DNA from: Thermodesulfobacteriota bacterium | Lineage (GTDB): Bacteria > Desulfobacterota > GWC2-55-46 > JBHHVK01 | DNA length: 33,414 bases | Assembly (NCBI GenBank): GCA_046754205.1 | Contig: JBHHVK010000003.1 | Location: 1 to 33,414 of the forward strand | Reading direction: 5' to 3' | In this document: positions 8,985 through 17,015 of the stretch, in pieces | How the letters are laid out: the number at the start of each line of letters is the position of its first letter | How positions within the stretch are numbered: position 1 is the stretch's first letter | The notes under the pieces: model-generated | The model's input: the letters and a program-made list of their open reading frames with translations, nothing else | The model's database searches: none | Told to the model about the DNA's origin: nothing | Made by a program: the position numbers and the translations under genes

Positions 8985-9593
8985 ATGCCTCTGCCCATAG
9001 CACATTCGCTGCTGTCGACGAGCGTATTCGTCGCCTCGAGCGGCAGGCTCCGCCTGAGGGACAACTACCGGCTCCTCGCCCTCTTCATATTCGTGGGCCT
9101 CTTCCCGGATGCGGACTTCATCACGCTCCCCTTCTTCGGGTTCGGGCTCCACAGGGGCCTGAGCCACTCGCTGTTCTTTACGACCGCAGCCTCCATGGCC
9201 ATCTACGCCGCCGCCAGGCCATGGATGAGGGACACGCCGGCCCGGCTCTGGCTCTATCTCGCGGTCGCCATGGGGCTCCATCCCATCTGCGATTTTTTCA
9301 CCCCCGACCTGCTCGAAACGCGCGGGGGCGTGATGCTCTTCTATCCCCTGAGCTCCGCCTACTATGAATCGCCATGGCCCGTCTTCATGGGCATAGAGCT
9401 CCGATACCTATACACCATCTTCAGTTTCCACACCATCGTGGCGCTCATCCACGAGACCATCGTGGCAGGGTCGGTCCTTTTGGCCGTCATCTTCATAAAG
9501 AGGGGCACCGTGGCGGCGTCTCGCAGACGTGGGTCGGGCGAGGGACGCCCCGCTGTCCCGATAACCACCTGCGAGAGGGGCGGTGATGAGTAG
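8985..9593 (+). CDS. Inner-membrane metal-dependent hydrolase, YdjM family
   Basis: HSL, PDAD, HRGLSHSL, HPICD motifs with TM segments. Confidence 0.8.
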   Translation: MPLPIAHSLLSTSVFVASSGRLRLRDNYRLLALFIFVGLFPDADFITLPFFGFGLHRGLSHSLFFTTAASMAIYAAARPWMRDTPARLWLYLAVAMGLHPICDFFTPDLLETRGGVMLFYPLSSAYYESPWPVFMGIELRYLYTIFSFHTIVALIHETIVAGSVLLAVIFIKRGTVAASRRRGSGEGRPAVPITTCERGGDE

Positions 9594-9683
9594 CTTCGGC
9601 CCCCGCAAAAGCTCCTTTCATGCCGCGTCCGGCGGGCCGTGCCCGCCTGTGAGCGGGCGGCCGCAAGAGAGGGAAGGTGTGAT

Positions 9684-10691
9684 ATGAGCGCCATGACCAG
9701 GGTGAAAAAAGACCTCGGCTTCCTGTCGAGAATAGCGCTCTGCCACATCACCGGCAGGCGCTACCCGCTGTCCGTCACCTACATCGCCACCTACAGGTGC
9801 AACTTCGCCTGCAGGTACTGCGACGTCTTCACGTACAAGACCAGGGAGATGACCACCTCCGAGGCGCTCTCGATGATAGACGAGTTCGCCTCCATCGGCG
9901 CGCGCAGGTTCAGCTTCAACGGCGGCGAGCCGCTCCTCAGGGCCGACATAGGGGAGCTCGTTGCCCGGTGTAGACAAAGGGGGCTCTTTACAACGATGTT
10001 CACGAACGGCTCGCTCGTGGCCAGGAACCTGAGGAAGATAAAGGACCTCGACATCCTCTCCGTTAGCCTCGACGGCCCCGAGGACATACACGACGCACAG
10101 CGCATGAAGGGCAGCTTCGGCAAGGTCGTCGAGGGGATAAGGGCGGCGAAGGACGCCGGCGTGAAGGTATGGACGAACACCGTCCTTACGAGCCTGAACC
10201 TCGCGCGCATCGACGAGGTGGTCGCCCTCGCAGAGTCCCTCGGGGTTAAGATGATATTCCAGCCCGTCATCGACTACTCCCACTCCTCGGGGTCGAGGAA
10301 TATAAACGGCCTCAAGGCGCTCGACGGCGACTACGCGAGGGCCATCGAAAGGCTCAGGGACCTGAAGCGCCGGGGCGCCCCGATAGTCCACTCCGACGAG
10401 TACCTCGACTACATAAAGGTCCCCGTCTGGTCGCAGAACAAGAGAAAGTGCTGGGCCGCGCAGCTCTACTGCGCCGTGACGCCCTCGGGGCAGGTAGCCC
10501 CCTGCTACCCCATATTCAACGCCGGGGACTGGCCGAGCGGGCTGGATATCGGCTTCGGCAACGCCTTCCTCAAGAACAGGACCTTCTCCTGCGACGGATG
10601 CTACTGCGCCCTCGTGGAGACCGACTTTCTATACTCCTTCAACGTCCGGGCGATGCTGAACCTCGCAAGGTCCGTGGAGGCAAGGTCATGA
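9684..10691 (+). CDS. Radical SAM protein with C-terminal SPASM/twitch-like Cys domain
   Basis: CNFACRYC, GGEPLLR, TNG, VSLDG; C-terminal CWAAQLYCAVTPSGQVAPC...CDGCYC; start set at ATG 9684 behind a purine-rich SD-like stretch. Confidence 0.88.
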   Translation: MSAMTRVKKDLGFLSRIALCHITGRRYPLSVTYIATYRCNFACRYCDVFTYKTREMTTSEALSMIDEFASIGARRFSFNGGEPLLRADIGELVARCRQRGLFTTMFTNGSLVARNLRKIKDLDILSVSLDGPEDIHDAQRMKGSFGKVVEGIRAAKDAGVKVWTNTVLTSLNLARIDEVVALAESLGVKMIFQPVIDYSHSSGSRNINGLKALDGDYARAIERLRDLKRRGAPIVHSDEYLDYIKVPVWSQNKRKCWAAQLYCAVTPSGQVAPCYPIFNAGDWPSGLDIGFGNAFLKNRTFSCDGCYCALVETDFLYSFNVRAMLNLARSVEARS

Positions 10692-12112
10692 AGGTGCTCC
10701 TGGTAAACCCGCCATACGAGGGGAACATAAACACGTGGACACCAGAGTCCACGAACAGGGCCATCGGGGCCCAGCCGCCCATGGGGCTCGCCTACGTGGC
10801 GGCGATGCTCGAAAAGAGGGGCGTCGAGGTATCGATCCTCGACGCCAACGCCATGGGCCTCGACGCCGAGGGGATAAGAAGCCGCGTGGCCCGTGCGGCG
10901 CCGGACGTCGTGGGGGTTACGGCCATGACCCTCATAGCCGCCAACGTGCTCGCCACCTGCAGGATAGCCAAGGAGGCCTCGGGGGCCGTAACGGTCGTGG
11001 GGGGGCCGCACGTGTCCATATTCGCCCCGGAGACCCTCTCGAGCCCCTACGTGGACTACGCCATCGACGGGGACGGCGAGTACTCCTTCCCGGACCTCGT
11101 CGCCGCCATAGGGGCAAAGGCCCCGGCCCGTGAGATTGAAGGGATAGAAGGCATCGTCTACAGAAAAGACGGCGGCATAGGCAAAAACGGCGTGGCCATC
11201 GCCAGGGACCTCAACGCCTTGCCCTTCCCGGCGGTCCACCTCCTTCCGGGCGAGCTCTACTCGCTCGCCAACGCCCGGAGCCCCTTCGGCTCGATAGTAA
11301 CGAGCCGCGGGTGCCCTTACAAGTGCTGCTTCTGCATCCGCAGCCACATAGACGACTACATCCGCTTCCGCGACCCGGTAAACGTCGTCGACGAAATCGA
11401 ATTCCTGATGAACGAATACGGCGTGAAGGAGATAAACATCAGGAACGATACTGTCACGGTTAAAAAGACCCATATAACGGGTATTTGCGATGAAATACTG
11501 AGGCGCGGCCTCAACATCAGCTGGCAGGGCCCCACGAGGATCGACTGCGTGGACAGGGACCTCCTGCTCCTCATGCGCCGGGCCGGGTGCCATACGCTCC
11601 GCTACGGCATAGAGTCCGGTAACCAACAGGTCCTCGACCGCATGGGCAAGCAGATAACCCTAGGGCGCATACGCGACACAGTCCGGTGGACGAAGGAGGC
11701 GGGCATAGAGGTAATGGCCTACTTCATGGTCGGCTACATAGACGAGACTCCGGAGACGATGACGGACACCATAAGGTTCGCCCGGGAGTTGAACCCCGAC
11801 GGGGCGATATTCTCCATCGGCACGCCGCTGCCCAACACCGAGCTCTTCCGGGTCGCCGTAGCCAGGGGGCTCATAGAAAAGGACTACTGGAAGGAGTTCG
11901 TCACCGGACGCCGCTACGACCGCGCGCCCTACCTCGTCCCAGACGCCGAAAAGTGGGCCCGGCGGGCCCTCTGGTCCTTCTACTTCAGGCCCGGGTACAT
12001 AGCCAAACGCCTTAAGAAGATCGACTCCTGGGACGCCTTTAGGAAACACGCCCGAGGGGCCTACTCCTTCCTCCGCTTCAAGATGAACAAAAAGGTCCCG
12101 CTCGCCAGCTGA
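10688..12112 (+). CDS. B12-binding-domain radical SAM protein
   Basis: MKVLLVNPP, PPMGLAYVAAML, GGPHVS, GDGE, TSRGCPYKCCFC, YGIESG; ATGA overlap with previous gene. Confidence 0.92.
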   Translation: MKVLLVNPPYEGNINTWTPESTNRAIGAQPPMGLAYVAAMLEKRGVEVSILDANAMGLDAEGIRSRVARAAPDVVGVTAMTLIAANVLATCRIAKEASGAVTVVGGPHVSIFAPETLSSPYVDYAIDGDGEYSFPDLVAAIGAKAPAREIEGIEGIVYRKDGGIGKNGVAIARDLNALPFPAVHLLPGELYSLANARSPFGSIVTSRGCPYKCCFCIRSHIDDYIRFRDPVNVVDEIEFLMNEYGVKEINIRNDTVTVKKTHITGICDEILRRGLNISWQGPTRIDCVDRDLLLLMRRAGCHTLRYGIESGNQQVLDRMGKQITLGRIRDTVRWTKEAGIEVMAYFMVGYIDETPETMTDTIRFARELNPDGAIFSIGTPLPNTELFRVAVARGLIEKDYWKEFVTGRRYDRAPYLVPDAEKWARRALWSFYFRPGYIAKRLKKIDSWDAFRKHARGAYSFLRFKMNKKVPLAS

Positions 12113-12114
12113 CG

Positions 12115-12190
12115 TGGGCCGGTGGGGGGCCGGTGGGGGGGGGTGGGGGGGGCGGTGGGGGGGCGGTGGGGAGGGGGGGCTTAGAGGGGG
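12115..12190 (+). repeat. G-rich low-complexity tract
   Basis: Repeated (C/G)GGTGGGGGG-like units directly after the stop codon. Confidence 0.7.
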
Positions 12191-12211
12191 ACTTAACTGA
12201 TGGTTGGTGTC

Positions 12212-12250
12212 AACCGATAACCGGTAACCGGTAACCGACAACGGGCAACG
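12212..12250 (+). repeat. Heptanucleotide tandem repeat (AACCGRY)n
   Basis: AACCGAT AACCGGT AACCGGT AACCGAC AACGGGC AACG. Confidence 0.8.
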
Positions 12251-12264
12251 AAAAAGGGGCAGTT

Positions 12265-13809
12265 ATGAATATCACCTTCGCCTATCTCGCCGCCGAAAGC
12301 GTCGCCATAGAGGTCCTGTCGAGCGTTCTCAAGAGGGAGGGCCACAACGTGACCCTCGTTTTCGACCCGGGGCTCTTCGACGACAAGCAGTACCTCGACA
12401 TACCGATACTCAAGAAGGCCTTCGCCAGAAAGACGGACGTCGTGGAGCGGATAGTCTCCGACCCTCCGGACCTGCTCTGCTTCTCAGTGGGCACGGACAA
12501 CTACCGGTGGGCCTGCGAGGTGGCCCGCCTGGTAAGGGACAGGCTCGACGTCCCGGTAATCTTCGGCGGCATCCACGCCACGGCCGTGCCGGACCGGGTG
12601 ATAAAGAACCCCTTCGTGGACATGGTATGCGTGGGCGAGGGAGAGGAGGCCATGGTGGAGCTGGCGAGCTCCATGGAGAGCGGGGCCCCCGATACCTCCA
12701 TAGAGAATATCTGGTTCAAGCATGACGGCCGGGTGATAAAAAACCCCGTGCGCCCGCTCGTCCAGGACCTCGACGGCCTGCCCTACCCCGACAAGGAGCT
12801 CTTCGCCCCTCACATACCCATATACCACGGCAAGTACATGATGATAACGAGCCGCGGCTGCCCCTTTCAGTGCACCTACTGCTACAACAACGTCCTCAGG
12901 CGCACCGTCTACGGCAAGGAGAAGAAATACGTGCGCCAGAGGAGCGTCGAAAGCGTCATAGGGGAGCTGAAGGCGATGAAGGAGAAGTTCGAATTCACCA
13001 ACGTCGCCTTCATGGACGACTGCTTCGTGGCCAACAGGCGCTGGTTCAGGGAGTTTTCCCGAAGGTACGCCACGGAGGTCGGATTGCCCTACAGCTGCAT
13101 GGCCTACACGGGACAGGTTGACCCGGAGATGGGGCGGATGCTCAAGGACTCGGGCTGCAACCGCATGATGTTCGGCATCCAGACCATGGACCGCAAGACC
13201 CGCGAGGAGGTCCTCAAAAGGTCCTTTGAGACGGATGAGAAGATAAAGCGGGCCATAAGGGTCTGCGACGACGTGGGCATACCCTACTCGCTCGACCACA
13301 TCTTCGGCGCGCCCTTCGCCGACCCCTCGGAGCACGAGCGGACCGCCGCCTTCTACGCCGCCACCAACGCCATCAGGGTCTGCTGCTACGCGCTCTTCTA
13401 CTACCCGAAGACCGAGGTCACGGGCGCGGGCCTCGAGGCCGGAATACTCGACGAGAAGGCGGTAGAGGATATCGAGGAGGGTAAAGCGCGGCTCTACGTC
13501 TACGGCAGCTCGCTGTCGGCCGAAGAGCTCAAGATATTCAAGGCCCTCCGGAACTTCTACGCCGTCCTGCCGCTCCTGCCCACCCCTGTGCTCCTCTTCC
13601 TCCTGAGGACCGGGGTCTATAAGGGGCTCAGGTTCATGCCGAGGGCCTTCGCCCTCGCCTGCGAGACCGCCGTATCCATAAAGACTGGCCACCAGCGGGG
13701 CGTGGACTACCTGCGATACTACGCCCAGCACCTGAAGGGGACGGTAACCCGCCACAAAGCAGACACGGGGCTATCCGGCGGACCATCGAAGAGGGCGGCC
13801 GGTGAGTAG
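12265..13809 (+). CDS. B12-binding-domain radical SAM protein
   Basis: GGIHAT, GEGE, TSRGCPFQCTYC, MDDCF, FGIQT (variant of GIES). Confidence 0.9.
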   Translation: MNITFAYLAAESVAIEVLSSVLKREGHNVTLVFDPGLFDDKQYLDIPILKKAFARKTDVVERIVSDPPDLLCFSVGTDNYRWACEVARLVRDRLDVPVIFGGIHATAVPDRVIKNPFVDMVCVGEGEEAMVELASSMESGAPDTSIENIWFKHDGRVIKNPVRPLVQDLDGLPYPDKELFAPHIPIYHGKYMMITSRGCPFQCTYCYNNVLRRTVYGKEKKYVRQRSVESVIGELKAMKEKFEFTNVAFMDDCFVANRRWFREFSRRYATEVGLPYSCMAYTGQVDPEMGRMLKDSGCNRMMFGIQTMDRKTREEVLKRSFETDEKIKRAIRVCDDVGIPYSLDHIFGAPFADPSEHERTAAFYAATNAIRVCCYALFYYPKTEVTGAGLEAGILDEKAVEDIEEGKARLYVYGSSLSAEELKIFKALRNFYAVLPLLPTPVLLFLLRTGVYKGLRFMPRAFALACETAVSIKTGHQRGVDYLRYYAQHLKGTVTRHKADTGLSGGPSKRAAGE

Positions 13810-14887
13810 GATAGTAAACATGAAGGGGGCCGGGGCGGCGATCCTCGCGAGGACCGTCCTCTGGCACCTAAGGTACTACGTCACGGGAAGGTCCTTTCCG
13901 CTCGCGTCGACGTTCCAGCTTACCAACAGGTGCAACCTGAGATGTATCATGTGCAACATCCCCAACAACCCCAGACAGGGCGTCCTTTCGCTAAAGGACT
14001 TCAAGGGGATCGTCGCCGAGCTCGGCGGGTTGGGTTGCTGCTACGCGTCTTTATCCGGGGGGGAGGTCCTCACCATACCCGACTTTTTCGATTACCTCCA
14101 TGCCGCAAAATCCCACATCCCCTCGGTCAATACCGTCACCAACGGCCTCCTCCTCGATAAAGGCGCGGCAGTTGAGTTCGCCCGGTCCGGCGTGGACTCG
14201 GTCTCCATAAGCCTCGACGGCCTGGAGAAGACCCATGAGAAGACACGCGCCAGAAAGGGCGCCTTCTCCATGACCGTCGAGGCGATCGAGAGGCTCAGGA
14301 CCTTCGCCCCCGGCGTCAGGGTCGTCGTGAACACCGTAATCGCCCCCTGGAACATAGACGAGCTGCGCGAGCTTACCCTCTTCGTCGAAGGGCTCGGGGT
14401 CTTCCACAAGTTTCAGCCCCTGAACGAGCACCCCTCCTTCGAGGGGCAGACGAGGCCCTACGGGGTGGCGGGGCTCGGGACCTTCGACGGGGCCGGGGTG
14501 GAGGAGCTGATAAAATTCCTCCTCACAAGGAAGAACGTCGTCAACTCGAGGTACTTCCTCCGCTCCATACCGGCGTATCTGTGCGGCGGCGTGGGCGGGG
14601 GTCTCTTCGACGCCGACTGCACGCTGCCGAGGTACGTAGTCGAGTTCAGGGAAGACGCCCGCATGTACCCCTGCCTCGGAGGACTCGGCTGGAAGGGCGG
14701 ATACCCTGTAGCCGGCGGGGTAGGGAAGGTATTGGGGAGCGCCGGGTACAGGGCGGACATAAAAAGGCTCGCGCGATGCCGCTCGTGCACAAAGAGCTAC
14801 TCGGTCTGCTACATAGAGCCGCGGGTCACCTTCCCGGTCTCGAACTTCATCAGGTACAGGCTCCTGCCATCCTTTACGACCAACTGA
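13802..14887 (+). CDS. Radical SAM protein with SPASM/twitch-like domain (alternative start ATG 13820)
   Basis: CNLRCIMC, SGGEV, TNG, ISLDG; C-terminal CTLP...MYPC...CRSCTKSYSVC. Confidence 0.88.
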   Translation: MSRIVNMKGAGAAILARTVLWHLRYYVTGRSFPLASTFQLTNRCNLRCIMCNIPNNPRQGVLSLKDFKGIVAELGGLGCCYASLSGGEVLTIPDFFDYLHAAKSHIPSVNTVTNGLLLDKGAAVEFARSGVDSVSISLDGLEKTHEKTRARKGAFSMTVEAIERLRTFAPGVRVVVNTVIAPWNIDELRELTLFVEGLGVFHKFQPLNEHPSFEGQTRPYGVAGLGTFDGAGVEELIKFLLTRKNVVNSRYFLRSIPAYLCGGVGGGLFDADCTLPRYVVEFREDARMYPCLGGLGWKGGYPVAGGVGKVLGSAGYRADIKRLARCRSCTKSYSVCYIEPRVTFPVSNFIRYRLLPSFTTN

Positions 14888-14913
14888 TATGACTAACTGA
14901 AAGTGTCGCCTCG

Positions 14914-16866
14914 ATGCTGAAGACATTGAAAGAAAACCCCCTGGCCAGGCATCTCGCCTATACCGCGGCCGCCGTCCTATCCCTTGCGGCCCTCTACCTC
15001 GCCCTTTACTCCTTGCCAGAGGGGGTGATACGCCTGGAGGCGGAGGACTTCACCACAGGTCCGGATTGGGTGAGGCTCGAGGACGTAAACTTCTCCGGCT
15101 CGGCGGGGATAATGACCATGGCGTCGGGCCCGGGGAGCGTGCCCGCGACCGGCGCCTTCACCGTGGCGGAGCGGGGCGGCTACACCATCTGGCTCAGGTA
15201 CTTCGGCAACTACGCCGCGAGCGACCTCGACCTCTGGAACAGGGCGTATACGAACAACTTTTCATACATCGACTACTTCGGGGCCGCGCGCCCCCAGACC
15301 CTCGCGGTACGGGTGGACGGCTCACCCCGGGTCGTGACACTCCAGCGCGGCGACCACCGCTACAGGTGGGCGCGCGTGGAGGCGGGGCCCCTCGACGCCG
15401 GCCCCCACGCCATCACCGTCTGGAAGGAGGGCCCGATGGGGCCGCCATCCGGGGGAGGCGTCACCCTCGACTCGGTCCTCATAACCGATGACGGGGGCTA
15501 CAGCCCCGGCCGGCTCGATATGCTCCCGAGGCAGGCCTCGGAGTTCTTTGCTCCTCTCCTCATAGTCCTCTTCCCCCTCCTCGTCTGGTACGCCACGAGG
15601 CGAGGGGAGGGCGCCGGGGGCGAGGGGGGGGGAGGTGGCGCAAGGGGCCGGGCGGCCGTCTATATCTTCTATTCCTGCATCCTGAGCCTCGTGCTCTCCG
15701 TCATGTGGATAGACACGGACGGAGGGTTCTGGCTCTGGCTTACACAGAACAGGGCGTTCACCATCGGCTCGATATACACCAAAGGCGAAGCGCTCCACCA
15801 CAGGTACGTCTACCCGCCTCCCATAGCGGCCATGCTCATCGGGCTGAGGCCGGTCTTCACGCTCTTCGGCGCCACCGGGGGCATAACGCCTCTGTCGCTC
15901 ATCCTCGGCAAGCTCATCGTAATCCCCGTAGCCGCCGCCGTAGGGGTGGTCCTCTACCGTCTCGAGGGCGAGAGGGCCGTGCTCCTCTGGGCGCTCAACT
16001 CCGTGGTGCTCTTTACCGTGGCGGCCAACTCCATGTACTTCGGACTCGCCTTCATGGTGGCGCTGACGCTCCTGCTGATCAAACGTGGCCGTCATTACCC
16101 GGCGGCCCTCGCCCTCGGCGTCGGGCTCGCCTACATGTCGGCCGCCATGCTCCTCGTCCCGCCCTTCCTGCTCCTGTTCAGGAACTTTGGCGCCGGCAAG
16201 GCCGCCGCCATGGCGGCCCTGGTCCTGGTTCCCGGGTTCCTGATATTCCTACCCTACTCGGTCGTCGACCCGGCCGGAATGAACGCCCGGGTCATGGGGG
16301 CGGGGATATCCACCTGGATGCACATGCACCTCGGCCTGAGGCTCGGCGGGGTGGGCCTTACGGCGCTTCTCTACGGGGCGCTTCTCGCCGGCCTGTGGGT
16401 GATGCGCCCCGGGTTCGACTACGGAAGCGTCTCCATCGTCTTTGCCCTGACCGCGCTCATATATCTCCACATCGGGGCCCCGCACTTCCTCGCCTGGACG
16501 GTGGCCTTTCAGCCGGCGGTAATCGTCTCCGCCGCGAGGCTCCGCAGGGAGGTCTTCTACAGCCTCTACGTCACGGCGCTCATGGTCTGGGCCTCCTTCT
16601 TCATGAATACCGGAGGGGCCGGTGACAGGGCAGGTGAAACGGGGTTCTTTCCCTATTACATATTCTACACCTGGCCCTTTGACGTCTACGTATTCATAAA
16701 GAAGTTCTACGGCAGGATAGACCTCTTCAAACCCGTGGACCTCGAAGCGCTCACGCATTCCCTCTCGGCCGGTGTGAGCGCGGTGCTCTTCGTCGTCCTC
16801 GCCCTTGAGCTATCGAGGCGAGGGGGGCCCGCGGCGGAGAAGACCGGCGGGGGGGCCTATGACTGA
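14914..16866 (+). CDS. Membrane protein: N-terminal CBM6/35-like beta-sandwich plus polytopic domain, putative GT-C (GT87-like) glycosyltransferase
   Basis: IRLEAEDF, GYTIWLRY, LDAGPHAITV, LDSVLIT (CBM-like); then DTD loop, YVYPP motif and ~10 TM helices. Confidence 0.6.
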   Translation: MLKTLKENPLARHLAYTAAAVLSLAALYLALYSLPEGVIRLEAEDFTTGPDWVRLEDVNFSGSAGIMTMASGPGSVPATGAFTVAERGGYTIWLRYFGNYAASDLDLWNRAYTNNFSYIDYFGAARPQTLAVRVDGSPRVVTLQRGDHRYRWARVEAGPLDAGPHAITVWKEGPMGPPSGGGVTLDSVLITDDGGYSPGRLDMLPRQASEFFAPLLIVLFPLLVWYATRRGEGAGGEGGGGGARGRAAVYIFYSCILSLVLSVMWIDTDGGFWLWLTQNRAFTIGSIYTKGEALHHRYVYPPPIAAMLIGLRPVFTLFGATGGITPLSLILGKLIVIPVAAAVGVVLYRLEGERAVLLWALNSVVLFTVAANSMYFGLAFMVALTLLLIKRGRHYPAALALGVGLAYMSAAMLLVPPFLLLFRNFGAGKAAAMAALVLVPGFLIFLPYSVVDPAGMNARVMGAGISTWMHMHLGLRLGGVGLTALLYGALLAGLWVMRPGFDYGSVSIVFALTALIYLHIGAPHFLAWTVAFQPAVIVSAARLRREVFYSLYVTALMVWASFFMNTGGAGDRAGETGFFPYYIFYTWPFDVYVFIKKFYGRIDLFKPVDLEALTHSLSAGVSAVLFVVLALELSRRGGPAAEKTGGGAYD

Positions 16867-17015
16867 ATGGGCCGGGTGTGCGGCTGCGCGAAAGGGTGCG
16901 CCTGCGGGGGGCCGGGGCGCGGGAAGGCCCACGGGGCCTGCGGCCGAAGGGTCCGGCGCCGTGGGAGCGGCCGGTCCCGCCGGCCTTCGGAGCGGGTGGG
17001 ACGCATGGGGGCGCC

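Noticed and set aside
12115-12250. CRISPR array
   Set aside because: Short tandem low-complexity units, no repeat-spacer structure, no cas genes
7530-14887. RiPP or hopanoid (hpnH/J/P) cluster interpretation
   Set aside because: No precursor peptide, RRE, peptidase/transporter or squalene-hopene cyclase in the window; context is glycan-related. Lipid substrates are not excluded
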